A stretch of 63,247 bases of DNA, the filler included, from Rhabdomonas costata (taxonomy: Eukaryota): NCBI GenBank assembly GCA_019059605.1. It is 35 parts of 35 records of this genome, joined end to end, with 100 filler letters (N's around TTAATTAATTAA, not from the genome) between each part and the next. Parts side by side here need not be neighbours in the genome. Positions count along the whole stretch, not along the records: positions 10,858 to 12,568 come from JAHMHO010010247.1; positions 12,669 to 14,379 come from JAHMHO010010248.1; positions 14,480 to 16,190 come from JAHMHO010010249.1; positions 16,291 to 18,000 come from JAHMHO010010250.1; positions 18,101 to 19,809 come from JAHMHO010010251.1; positions 19,910 to 21,620 come from JAHMHO010010252.1; positions 21,721 to 23,430 come from JAHMHO010010253.1; 28 more parts are not named here. One strand, given 5' to 3'. A program made the translations under genes and the position numbers. Below are positions 11,386 to 23,530 of the stretch, piece by piece (within the stretch, counting starts at the first letter, position 1; every line of letters begins with the position of its first letter). Below the pieces are notes generated by a model. It was not told the origin of the DNA. It ran no database searches and worked only from the letters and a program-made list of their open reading frames with translations.

Positions 11386-14198
11386 CGCCGCAAGGCAACG
11401 AAGATGCCGAATGTGACGACACATCAACACTGCCCCTGAGGTGGAGAAACAAGCGTAATAACCGGGTACCGGTGTAGCGCGTGACGACTCTGATTCTTAC
11501 TCTTCCTGTTCCTTCGGCTTACGACTCAGTTACCCAACAACGTCATCATGGTTCGTTCCGCCACCCTGCCTTTACTCATCCAACGTCTCTATGGTTCATT
11601 CCACCGGCCTATGCACGGTTACGTACACCCATAGAAGTGGAGGTCTCGGCGACCTCCACTTCGGATCTAGCCACTGGAGTAGGAGCAGCATCAACCACAC
11701 TACGCAGCATCGGCACCAGCATCAACCTAGCAGCTTGCACTACCCTTGCGACTCTGACACCAACACTACTCGTAGCGTGACACCCCAACATCCTGACAGC
11801 AGCGTTAACACCACCATCGCTAGGACTTCAACACCACTTGGTAGCTCCATACAACCACCACTGCTGGGTTTGCTGTCATCACTGCTACCACCAACATCAC
11901 ATCATCACGCAGTGGAGGTGTGGCATGTGCAACCACTACCACTTACCACTTGCATCGCCATCTGGTTGGCTGTCATGCTATGCGTACCACTACCACTCTA
12001 GGTGTAGTACTACCACATGCACACACCACCTATTGGCTGATGTTGGCTGGGATGAGCCTTGATCTGACATTCTAGCATCCTCCGGAGGGTTTACCGGTCA
12101 TGGCTCCTCAATGGGTAATGTACGCCATACTTTTACATTGGGCTCGTCCCGCTTAAACGCATATGGTTCCAGCATCACTGCGGTTTACACTTCTAATTGC
12201 TTTCTCTATAGTTGCCTCTTGTGCGTGGCGTCTGGACTCCAGACTTCCAGTTCCAATAGCATACAATGGTTGTATTTCAACTACGTAAGTAGGAATTGAG
12301 GCTAACTTGATCACTTTAGGTCTTTTGCTAGGGGCCAGCTATGCAAATGTCGATGGCAATTTCTTGACCAACTTGAACCAACTTGGACATCACGAGGGAC
12401 TTCCGCGAATCCAAGACAGAGACAGAGAGAGAACCCGAAGAGAGAATGAAAGAACGACGCCGCGACACACTCCTGACCATCACCATTCGCACCAACACCA
12501 CTGGAATCACCCTTCAAAGACCCCACGCATCGAACCTCACGACACACCCTCACACGCATCGACAAACANNNNNNNNNNNNNNNNNNNNNNNNNNNNNNNN
12601 NNNNNNNNNNNNTTAATTAATTAANNNNNNNNNNNNNNNNNNNNNNNNNNNNNNNNNNNNNNNNNNNNCTTTTCCAAGTTGGGTTGGGGAGGAAGGGGGG
12701 AGGGGGGTAAAGAAAGAGTGCATTGGTCTCAGCAGGAGTCAGCAGCCCCCTTTCGCTGTCTCGAAGAAAAAAACGAGCAACGACGACCTGCTAGCAGACC
12801 CCCACATTCATTCCGTGCACACAATCCCGAGTGGCTGTTTTCGTCAGTCCTCTGGAAAATTGCTTTGCTTGGTTTAGCGTTGCACTCGCCGGAGTCCTAC
12901 ACAGGAATCTCTCCTGCAAATTGTGCGCGGTGGCTGTGTGTATGTGTGTGTGTGCGCGCGCGAATTTTCACATCCCCACGGCGCCAAGGTCCCTGAGTTT
13001 GTGTGTGTGGCTTTGCGTCTGTGTGTGTGTTCCCAGATTGATTGCTTCTCGAGTTGCCCTTGGGTTTGGCGTGGTGCGCTGGATTTTCTGCGGTTGTCAC
13101 CTCCTGATGGTGGGGTGCAGTTGTTATTGTGCCTGTGGCCACATGACCTGTGGTGGGGGGTGGGTCCTCTTGAACGAATGGGTCCAAACAGTTGCAGAGG
13201 CTGGGAGGATTGGTTTGTGTGTAATTGACTCCTGGCCAGCGTTAGCAGGTCTTGAGTGGAGTCAATCGGCTGGGCTTGGACTTGGAGGGTTCTGTTGCCC
13301 CCTGCCCACCGTGGACCCCTGCCATTTCTGAAACCCGGAATTGCGAATTCGAAAGTCAGCTGCAGTTTCATTGGAACTTTGCTGGTGGGGGCGCTTTCAG
13401 TACTTCTGTAATTGCGTTCAAAGGTTATCACGTCAAACAACTGAACGCAGTGTGCTCTTTATAGCATCTCAGTGCGTGTCATACTTGAACTCAAGCCTTG
13501 CACAATTACTTGCACAAAAGCGCTGGCCATTTTTCTTCCTCATTCTTCCGAGATTACGATATCCGCCGGCACAGACACGCCACCGCAATGGGTTATACGG
13601 TATATCATTGGAGTACGTGTACAACGTTGCTTGGTCCTCCGAGAAGAACGCCTCAGGTTCGGCTGGAGTCTCGGTTCGAGCGGAAGTATTGAGGCGCCGT
13701 GCTCTGCACGATCGTTGCCTCTGGGGATATTTGCGGTTTTCTTTACCCACGCACGGACAGGTTAGTTTTCAGCAGTGCTTGGGTCAGTCCGTGGCTCGTG
13801 TCCATATACCACCGGGATGTGTACCTCCGCCCAAAAGAGTTGGTAACCCCACGTTTTGAGCAAAAGGAAAATATTTGGATCTTTATATTTAGAAATCGAA
13901 ATAATCTCAGCAAAGTTTTTCACCAGTTTGCTGCATGGGGTTTCCGGCAGGAGTTCGGAGCATAGCCCCACGCGCACTGCTCGGCCCGATTCGGAGATTT
14001 TTTTGTGTGTGTGGAGGGGGTTAGCAGGGGGACTTGCTGAACGGAAAGGAATGCCCAAGTGCACCCGCTGCATTTTGCTTCGAGATAAGAAGGGAGATAT
14101 GCACACCTCCAGAGTCTTTTCTTCATTGAACGGCCACAATTGAGAGATTCCACATCCCAGACAAAGAGAAGAGCGAAAGAGTTAGCAAACGAAAGTCA

Positions 14199-14344
14199 AT
14201 GTCCACCGCTACGATGGAGAACCTGCAGCTGTCGCCCAAAAGGGACTCGTGCTGTGTGGATGTGCTTGTGCTGGAGGCTGTGTTCCGGAAGGACTCTGGG
14301 GCGCACGGCCAGCTCCCAGTGGACGCCCTCGCTCAAGCCCTGCG
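14199..14344 (+). CDS. Possible first exon of a hypothetical protein
   Basis: MSTATMENLQLSPKRDSCCVDVLVLEAVFRKDSGAHGQLPVDALAQALR has GC3-rich codons and ends at a GTACAG donor before a (CA)n run. Confidence 0.3.
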
Positions 14345-14479
14345 GTACAGCACACACACACACACACACCCCAAAACCCNNNNNNNNNNNNNNNNNNNNN
14401 NNNNNNNNNNNNNNNNNNNNNNNTTAATTAATTAANNNNNNNNNNNNNNNNNNNNNNNNNNNNNNNNNNNNNNNNNNNN

Positions 14480-15051
14480 TTTTTTTGGGAGACTGTCTGT
14501 TTGCACATCAACATTCTGATCCAAACCTCGAGCGCGTTTCATCCTCATAACAATGAACATAACAAAAAAGTGAATACCACAATAAAGCAATTACGAAGAG
14601 CGGCTCAGTGAAAATACCGGCATTGGCTCGATGTGCTAGGCATTGTCAAGGTGGCGGTGAACAACGCCCAGCTGGTCGAAACCAACTATTTGCCGTACTA
14701 CATCAACCTTGGATATCACCTAGCGTACAATGTTCCATCCAGCATCTGAAGAAACGGCTCCAGCAGTTTTTCAACCTATTCTTGGCTGATTGGAATCATA
14801 TTTTGGACGTTTTTTTGGCAGCATCAGTGTAGGTACGTCGAGTTAGCGAATAGGAATTACACCTGGTTCTCGTCAGCTCGCGTAAGCACGAGAGGTACCA
14901 ATTCCGAGGTTTACACAGTTTAGCCCCAAAGACAAAAGGCCACTTCATCATCACAGAAGCAATTGAACCTCGGACGTTCAAGCTGAATTTAAAAAGTCGT
15001 ATTACCAGGAAGTTTCACAATGCCTTCAACGCAAGTGACATCATCCATTAT
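14480..15051 (+). mobile_element. Decayed Ty3/Gypsy LTR-retrotransposon integrase (core C-terminus + GPY/F module), pseudogenised
   Basis: Frame from 14480: FFWETVCLHINILIQTSSAFHPHNNEHNKKVNTTIKQLRRAAQ*KYRHWLDVLGIVKVAVNNAQLVETNYLPYYINLGYH (cf. SSAFHPQTDGQTERVN..W..L..V..A.NN..TGYSPFY..YGYHP). After a frameshift: LVLVS..LAPKTKGHFIITEAIEPRTFKLNL..FHNAFNASDIIHY (cf. LAPKF.GPF.I..YKL.L..IHNVFHVS.L..Y). Contains in-frame stops. Confidence 0.88.
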
Positions 15052-16293
15052 GTGTTGGGCATCACGGGCGAGAAACCGCCTCCACCCCTCTAAGAAGGGG
15101 AAATCAACGCCGACCTATCGGATCACACACCTCCAGACGAACCGTGGATTTCCCTCAACCAGGCAGAAGATAGAACCACTGCCAATTGTGATGACGTGGA
15201 AGAATTCCTACCGAAAACGGCTTGGATGACCAACATAATGGTTCCACAGTCGATTGGAGAGGCTCCTCGTTCACGGATGACGCACCATTATCAAAACAAC
15301 GACCGCGCGCACGGTCACCCACAAGTCCTAAGATGAGCAACCCTCAGCCCCGTCGTTCCTCAGCGGACCTGACTTCTTGACTGAGTCATATCAAGCTGAG
15401 CTACAACTTATACCGCGATCCCGTACAGCGAGCCCGGTTGTGGAGCCCTCCGTTCAGATCTAACACGCACAAACATACCCACTCCATAAGCAGCAATTGC
15501 AGTCACCATTCCGGCAGCAGGTGCACGTGGTGGATCAAGAGGAACGAGAAGTTCCAGTCCACTTGCCACACACACAGCGTTCTGCAGATTTATATAAGCC
15601 GGAATCACGAGCTTTTCTCCAGCACTTCCTACCAGTACGTCAGTTGAGAAAGACACGTCACTAAAGGACCAAAGAGCCTCTATCCAGCCCCCTCTTGTTC
15701 CGCGAAGCTTTCCAACAGGACAGTTACCTCTCAGGTCTTGCCCAACAAATGGAAGCCTCGCTCGAGCCAGCTAAATTGAGAACACCGAGTCATCTTCACC
15801 GACATCCAGAGCTGTTATAGACCACATGACACAGCTGGTACGAACCTTCAACTCAAATGCTTTGTACGCTCAACTTTCAGGCACAGAAAATTGCATTTTG
15901 TTGAATATCCAGTGGATCGAATACATCAACCAGCGAGACACATACTACGCTGAGATACGCCAACAAGTCGAAGCAGAGTTTGATGAATTCAGCAGGAAGA
16001 AATTGACAGATAAAAATTTAGCCTACTGTAAATCACCAAACCCTTACAATTCGGCCACCGACACACTGACAGGGAGCGCACCCAGCTGCTCCCCAGTCCC
16101 AACCACTCACCGTGCCGAAGCCTAACCCACATCAACACAACCTGAGACCGACACTTTCGACGTAGTGGCCTGGAAGGAAGACCAAAAACCNNNNNNNNNN
16201 NNNNNNNNNNNNNNNNNNNNNNNNNNNNNNNNNNTTAATTAATTAANNNNNNNNNNNNNNNNNNNNNNNNNNNNNNNNNNNNNNNNNNNNGGG

Positions 16294-16376
16294 GGGGACT
16301 CTGATGGAAAATGTTTCTGTGTTTTTGCACTTATTATAAGTGCAAAAACACAGAAACATTTTCCATCAGAGTCCCC
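16294..16376. repeat. Perfect palindrome, 41-bp arms, 1-nt spacer
   Basis: ggggactctgatggaaaatgtttctgtgtttttgcacttat (16294-16334), then t, then the exact reverse complement (16336-16376). Confidence 0.95.
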
Positions 16377-18955
16377 TCCCTCTACCTACTTAACCTTTCC
16401 CACCAAGCAGGGTCCAAACTCCTCAATGGTATTGTATATCACATAAAAAGCCCATTTTCACGATTTTGTGAGTTTCGAATTTTTCAGAGCTTAAACGTGC
16501 CAAAAAAATTAACTTGAAGGTAAAAAGGCAAACCCCTTTCATCTTAAAAAAGGGTATTACGTGTTTAATTTCGGAACAGAATCACCAATTTGAAAATCTC
16601 TTTTCTTTTCGTCGTTTTTTTTTTACCAATTAGACTCTCTTTACTTTCATCCTCCATATTAGTCGTGCTATTAATTGAATCACAAAAAAGAATACCTTAG
16701 CATGTAATCATTCTGTACCTGTTCTTGATGGTATGGAAATTGCAGTAGGATTCCTCACCAAAACCCAACAAAAGCAGAGTGTTCTCTCATGCCCAATACT
16801 ACTTTTTTTCTGTGAAAGTTGTCATTTTCGTTTACACACTAACAAGGAAGATATCCAGCCCAAAGCTTTTCTGATCTCTCGAACTCTCTCTGCAGCACAC
16901 CCTGTTTGCACACTGAGACTATTTCAAAAATGAAAGCCAAAAGAAAGAAAGAAAGAAAGAAATCAGGCGACCCACCAGCAATTCCGCGGCGGAGGTGGCA
17001 GGCGCTGCCTGACGGAGCAAAGGCGGTGCGGAAGCCAGCCATCTTCATCTTATTGTACAAGTTCGAACGGTCAAAAAGGTTGGGGGGCGAAAATAAAAAA
17101 CCAGAGGACTATGTTAACATGGGAACAATACAAGCGGAAACGAATCGAACACACATCTTTGACTTTCCGCAGGCCGGAAACTGCACGGTCTATGAAGAGC
17201 GCGGGATAGTACCGCCCGGCAACCTCAAACAGACCCGCCTCAGCGCCTCAGGACCAGGAGTGTCTTATCATGAGATGGAAAAATGGTACCATTGAATTGT
17301 GTGCTTGAAGCAACCAAAAGAGAGTTGTGCCCCGAACTCTTGGTTTCACCAAGAAGAGGAACAATGCGCAGAACTCTGTAAAACTTTCGTTGTAAGAATA
17401 GTTACACCCTGAAACTCAGAGAAATGCATGTGGAAAATTTCAACCTGGAGTCATCGGACCCGATATTGTCATCGTCTTCGGTGTGGTAATTACAAGGTCA
17501 GGGGTTGTTCAATTTTCACCCCGCCATTTTGATGTGCAATAATACAAAAACGGCTTTTGCATACTACGTCTTCGCGCCTCATGCGGGAGATTTTTTCCTA
17601 TGCCATACACCACCTTCCAGATGTTCGGCATATCGCTGGTCACAAGCGTTATGTTTGCTACTGTAAAAATGAAGCACGCCTAAGCACAGCACGGCGAAGT
17701 TCTGAGTTTATTGTGCAAGGTACCAAAATCTTGATTACTACCTACTCCTTCAGGGAAAGAGCAGCTCCTTGTCCAAGAAAAAAGCAACAACAACACCTGC
17801 GATGATCACATGCACCTCTGCGGGTGAGAGAGGGGCATAAAAAAGCACATCGGGCCACCACCATGCAGGCAACCTCACGTACATACACACATACAAAAAG
17901 CAAGCCACACTGCAGTGCATGACATGGACACACCGAACAAGGCAAATCCAGTGTCTCGGGCTGTGCCTTGCCCGAAGGAGCTCCTCTTCCCCCAAAACCC
18001 NNNNNNNNNNNNNNNNNNNNNNNNNNNNNNNNNNNNNNNNNNNNTTAATTAATTAANNNNNNNNNNNNNNNNNNNNNNNNNNNNNNNNNNNNNNNNNNNN
18101 GTGGTGGGTGTGGTTGGGTGTGTGTGTAAGCATCAGCGCACCCGAGCGGCCACCGGGTGGAGAGCTTGAGCGGTGCTATTTTATGGCCGTGAGATAGTGG
18201 TTTGTTAAATCCCTTGATGATCGAGCTTTGTGAAGGAAGGCCGAATGAGCCGGAAATTCTTCGTCTTGGTTCCCCGGAAATCAATCTGGGAGAAGTTGCG
18301 GATGCCGGTAATACGAAAGAACGCGGTACTGGTGGGGTCCAAAGTTTGGGTGAAGTTCTGGAAAACAGACGCGCTGAAAATGGGATGTGCACAGGATCGT
18401 TCCCGATGAGAATGATTCCAACCTGAGCGCGGTGGGGCCGAGGCTCTCTGCCGGTGAACGGCAGGCGCTGCGACAGCAACCGTGGTCTGCTCCCGGTCGG
18501 GCTGGGAAGGTGCCACTGGGAAGGGCAGGGGTACAGCTACAAGCTGCGACGGCAAGCAATCACACTTTCGGACACCGATCCACACGGTTGCACACGGAAT
18601 AGCAACAGAAGAAGTAGAAGAACGCAGATCAAAGATAACGCAACTGCAGTTAGGCTTTCCACACCACACAAAGAACACTCTTCAGGATGCAAACAGAGGG
18701 TGATCGTGAGGTGGTGGTCTGGCAGCACTGCCAGTGCCCAGGTCGCACACCTGTAAAACAAGAAACGCTGCGTCATTTTGTGCAATGCTGTAATCTCCCT
18801 CCTCCCCTCCCTCCCTCGCCGCTTCCGGAACGCACCCCAGTCGACCTTCCTTGGCTCCCTCTCCGAAGTGAAGGCAGCGGGCTCCGCAGCAATGGCAGCC
18901 GCCACGGTCAACTCTCCGAGTATTGGGATAGCTTGGGCCACAGTGGGACGTGGCC

Positions 18956-19005
18956 CTGAGGCTGAGGCTGAGGCTGAGGCTGAGGCTGAGGCTGAGGCTG
19001 AGGCT
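18956..19005 (+). repeat. (CTGAGG)8 hexanucleotide repeat, probably encoding an (EA)n tract in a terminal exon (about 18841-19071)
   Basis: The repeat is directly visible. The frame after the CCCAG acceptor at 18840 reads ..GRGPEAEAEAEAEAEAEAEATPSESEK..HPETEK*. Confidence 0.8.
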
Positions 19006-19528
19006 ACTCCATCGGAGTCTGAAAAAGCAAAACCTGGAAGCTACTCGGAACATCCAGAAACGGAAAAGTGAATGCAAATCCCAACGCCATGCCAGGCAAA
19101 GAGGGCACTGCTCCAATGCGCCTGGGGGGCTAAACCCACATAGGCTGCTTCATATAACCTGTTCACCCATCCCCAGAATTTTTGTACTTCTGCTGTTATG
19201 TCACAATAACGCCCTCCCCCATTTGTGCGTGCGTGTGTGTTCGGTACCTGTTTGATGACAGGGCCCTGAAAAAATTACTAGTGCAGCGAAGCTGGAACTC
19301 GCAGACCTTCCAAGCGAATGCACATTTGGACTCCCGAGCTCAGTTCACTCCAGCCGGAGAGAGGAAGGAACTCGCGATTATATGAGTTTGTGTCTGTGCC
19401 ATGTTTGTGAAAGTGTATTCACGCGGCGAGCCACGAAACAACGCATGATCAAATCAAGTTACTCACGGACGCGGGCTACCAACCCCCCATCCCTCCACCC
19501 CTTTCTTAGCGAATGCAACAACAAGAAT

Positions 19529-19576
19529 GAAGAAGAAGAAGAAGAAGAAGAAGAAGGAGGAGGAGGAGAAGAAGAA
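19529..19576 (+). repeat. (GAA)n/(GGA)n microsatellite
   Basis: Directly visible. Confidence 0.9.
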
Positions 19577-19915
19577 CCAAAACGAAGCAGGGCGTGGTTT
19601 CAGAGAGCTGTGAATAACCTGCAACGACTGGGAGAGGCTTCAGCTGTGGGGCATTTGGCTGGGGTTGGTGGTCCAGGGCAGCCAGCTCGGCCAGAAGGAG
19701 GTCGATGCTGTGAGAATGCTTCTCGACCTGCACAGATAGCATGTGGGGGCCATGGGAAACAAGGTAGGGAGACTCAAACGCCACAGCACATGAGCACCCC
19801 ACCCACAACNNNNNNNNNNNNNNNNNNNNNNNNNNNNNNNNNNNNNNNNNNNNTTAATTAATTAANNNNNNNNNNNNNNNNNNNNNNNNNNNNNNNNNNN
19901 NNNNNNNNNGTTGGT

Positions 19916-19981
19916 GTTTACAGCCCGCCCGGGGCTGCTGTGGCGAACTCTTCGGCGCAGCCCGCAGCGCGGGCTGTAAAC
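19916..19981. repeat. Short foldback element (gtttaCAGCCCGC...GCGGGCTGtaaac)
   Basis: 13-bp perfect outer arms (19916-19928 / 19969-19981) plus an inner gggctgc/gcagccc stem. Confidence 0.8.
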
Positions 19982-21720
19982 GACGACCTTACACTCACCT
20001 TGATCGAGGACGGAAAGTAGTGTGCCTAGTTTTCAGGTTACACAACCGTGGTGCACTGGTGTTTTTCCTTCAGTGCTTCACCAATCCGTCAAATGAAACA
20101 CATGCGCACATGCGCTCTTGTTTGGTTCCACCTCTCCTCCCGCGCTGTCCCGTGTCCGACACCGAGACACTGTGTGTGTGTGTGTGTGTGTTGGGGTTGA
20201 TCTCGACACAAATATGTCCAAACATACCGTACGTAGATGTCTCAAACGCACATTCTGTCGCGCGGGCTTGGTGTCCTCCTCCGGATGCATTCCCCCGCCT
20301 TGTGTGTTGTTTTCTTTTTCTTTTTTTTGTGAAGAGAAAGAGGACAGAGGTTTTTTGCTCAGGCGGTATTGCCAAAGGGCTTCCGCCTGCTGTCTGCAAG
20401 ATTGGTGAGCGCGCCGTGTTGGGAAAGGGTGGGAACAACCTCCTTCCCTTCCCCATATGCGCTGGGAGCTGGCCCGCCCCCCGCCCCCGTCATGGACAAA
20501 ACGTACCGCAGAACATGGCACTACCGGTTAGGGCGAGTGGTTAGCATTTCCAACCAGTTTTGCAAATGCGTTTGCGCACACTTTGGACACAAAAACCTTA
20601 GGACAAGAAAGTCAGCTTGGGGAAAGCGGCCCCGTCGTATTGTGGGCATCTGTCCTCGGGCTTCTCTTGCGGATCTCAAAAGTGCCCCCTTTTTTTTGCG
20701 TGGTTCCTTCCTTCCTTTCTTCCTTTTTTTTACTATTCTGTGACAACTTGAATTCGGTGAGAACGTGACTGTGTGTCCTTCTCACTCATTTCAGCTTCTT
20801 GTGCTCAATTGGCACGAAGCAGATCCCTTGGTGGGCACTTCTCCGTGGTTTTTCTGTGTGGTATTCGGCACTGTACCCCGTGCCAGGGGATTTCCAGTGG
20901 CGAGAATCTGTTGTCTTTTGCTGGGAAAGAGGAGAAAAAGGAGATCAGAGAACAGCAGAAAACTTCCCTGTGGTGCGAATCGAATGCGGAGGAATGGAAT
21001 GGAATGAGGAGGACCAGAGTTGGAGGAAGCTGATGAATCATCACCACTGCCCCGCTGCATCACGCCACATCCCAAACCCACCTTGATGAATGGACTGACC
21101 CTGCTTCATGCCCACCCAGAGGCTCCTTTCGGCCGTGGGATAATATATACCCTCTCGATTTCAAAAACTGATCAAGCTAGCTGGGTTTTGCGCTGATTTT
21201 TGTTTTCTGCTTTGTGCTTTGCTCAGACACCACGGATGTGCTTCCGCAAAGGTGGTTTTTGTAGTATATTGTACCAACCCGTTGTGTATTTTTATAATAA
21301 TGAAATCTTTTGAAACCCCTTCAGGACAAACGATGAAGCTTTGCGTCGCATATCAGGCGGATAGGTCAGTTTTAAAGTGAATCGGGCAAACATCTGTCAC
21401 ATCAAGCTGAACAACAATACATCCCACAATCAGATCGAGGACGGGCACTCTTGGACAGCCCCTTTTCAAAATTTCCCTTGAATTCTTGTGGTCCTTTTTG
21501 CCGCAGCAATGTTAAGCTCCCGCAGGGTTATGGGGCCCTGCTTCGCAATCAACTTATTCAAAAGTGCCCACAGCGAGCAGGAGAGGAGACCAGCAGATGG
21601 CAGCAGCTCACCCCCAACACNNNNNNNNNNNNNNNNNNNNNNNNNNNNNNNNNNNNNNNNNNNNTTAATTAATTAANNNNNNNNNNNNNNNNNNNNNNNN
21701 NNNNNNNNNNNNNNNNNNNN

Positions 21721-21894
21721 GGGGACCGTAATAGGCAATGCTGTGGAAAACCTTTCTGCTCGTTGCATTCTTTCGGTCAACCCATTTCTCACTTGAACAG
21801 AAACATTGCCAGCCAGCCATCTCTTGCCAAATTACTTTGCTTGCAGAATATTTACCGGACCACAATCTCCACAGCATTGCCTATTACGGTCCCC
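21721..21894. mobile_element. MITE-like element with 27-bp perfect terminal inverted repeats
   Basis: ggggaccgtaataggcaatgctgtgga (21721-21747) and its reverse complement (21868-21894) enclose a 120-bp non-coding interior. The left flank is missing, so a TSD cannot be assessed. Confidence 0.65.
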
Positions 21895-23530
21895 CCGCTA
21901 GCACCTCCGTAAAGTAATGCGAAGACCGTGCCCAATCCACTCCTCCTCCTCCTGCGGTAGGGCCTGAAGGCACCAGCGGCCATTTATCATGCAGCACGGA
22001 TTGCGCAGGAACTGCATATGGCCTGTTTGCCAAGGTCTCGCCTACTTTTTGGTGCGTTTGTACACGCAGATGCCCCTGCGCCGCTTGTCACTGAGGCGTT
22101 GCGGAACATTGCCTCCATCACCTGGGAAGGGCCGGAGTTCCCAGTGCGCTCCCTTTCCCTCGTTTTCTTCATGCACTTCCCATTTCATATTCTTGACTAA
22201 CGCGTTATTACGTCCTAAAACTCAGGTAGGCCAGGTAGGCGCAAGGACCGCCCACGCGGCGCTTCGGGTGGCCCGTTGTTTGTTCAAAAACCCCGGGCCT
22301 ACTCTGACCTTGCCAGAAACTTGAGCGTTTTGTTTGCGAAACCTCTATATAATTTGCTAAAACGTCAGTGATTGAAAAATCATTCCTGCGTTCAGAGCTG
22401 GTTTCCCAACCTCTCCCCTGTCCTCTCGAAGTCGCCCACCGCCCCTATTCTCACACGTACCCACTCCCCTCTCAGGTCCGAAATGTCTTATTTATTCACG
22501 ATGTCTCTCACCTTGTTCCCTGGCATTACACAGCGTTAGTTCTGTGTGACCCCATTGGCGCTCTAACGCTCTTACGCGCCCATAATTTGGTGTCATTTCT
22601 CAACGGTTAGCACTGCCCAAAAATCGATGGGGGGGGGGGTCGTGGATCTTTCCGTTCTCCATAGGGCCGACTCCTGTCCTGCGAGACCTGCTGGTGAGTT
22701 CTCATTCTCCCGTTCTCTCGTTTTTCCCTCCCAAACCTGGTCCCAGCCAGCAGGATGGGATGACCTGTCGCCATGACCGTTCGCCTTGGTGATCTTTGTG
22801 AAAGAGTGTTATTCAGTGAAGGTGTTGTCATCGTTTCCAAGATATCAGAAGATTGCTGCTGTCATAAAAAGCCGTCCGCCGCTTGGAGCAAAAAGCGGCG
22901 CAAAAGGGATACTAAAGAGCCGCCAAGGGGTACCACAACGGGCTGAGGGTGAAAGGTCTGAAAATTCTGATGTTTCGGGAGGCCTACTGACAAAAACAGA
23001 AGGCCCCATGCATGCTTCGGTGTGGCCCCGTTGCAAGGCGTGCTAGATTGGTTACAATAGCATGCTGGTTGCATAGAGGACAAATTGGCCATCAGGACCA
23101 GAGCAGAGGCAGAGGTGACTATGTGGCGATGTCTCGTCTCTAAGGGACTACAAAAGCTGTGGCCATTGCTCGCATTCTGCAGCGGGTAGGAGTTGGTAGC
23201 CCGAGGAAATGCCGGGAATGAACCGATGCTCTGTCGGAATTCCCGTGGTCTCCAAGTTGGCGGCTGCTTTTCTTGCATTCTATCTATTCTATCTGCTATC
23301 ACGGTCGGTGCACGCAGGCGCTGAACTGGACGCCTCCACTCTGCAGCTCTCCAGCGTGCGCCCACAGACAAGCCTGGGGGCGCGGGGCGCCGCTGTGGGG
23401 CGACTCCCCGAAGGTATTGTGTGCCGCCCANNNNNNNNNNNNNNNNNNNNNNNNNNNNNNNNNNNNNNNNNNNNTTAATTAATTAANNNNNNNNNNNNNN
23501 NNNNNNNNNNNNNNNNNNNNNNNNNNNNNN

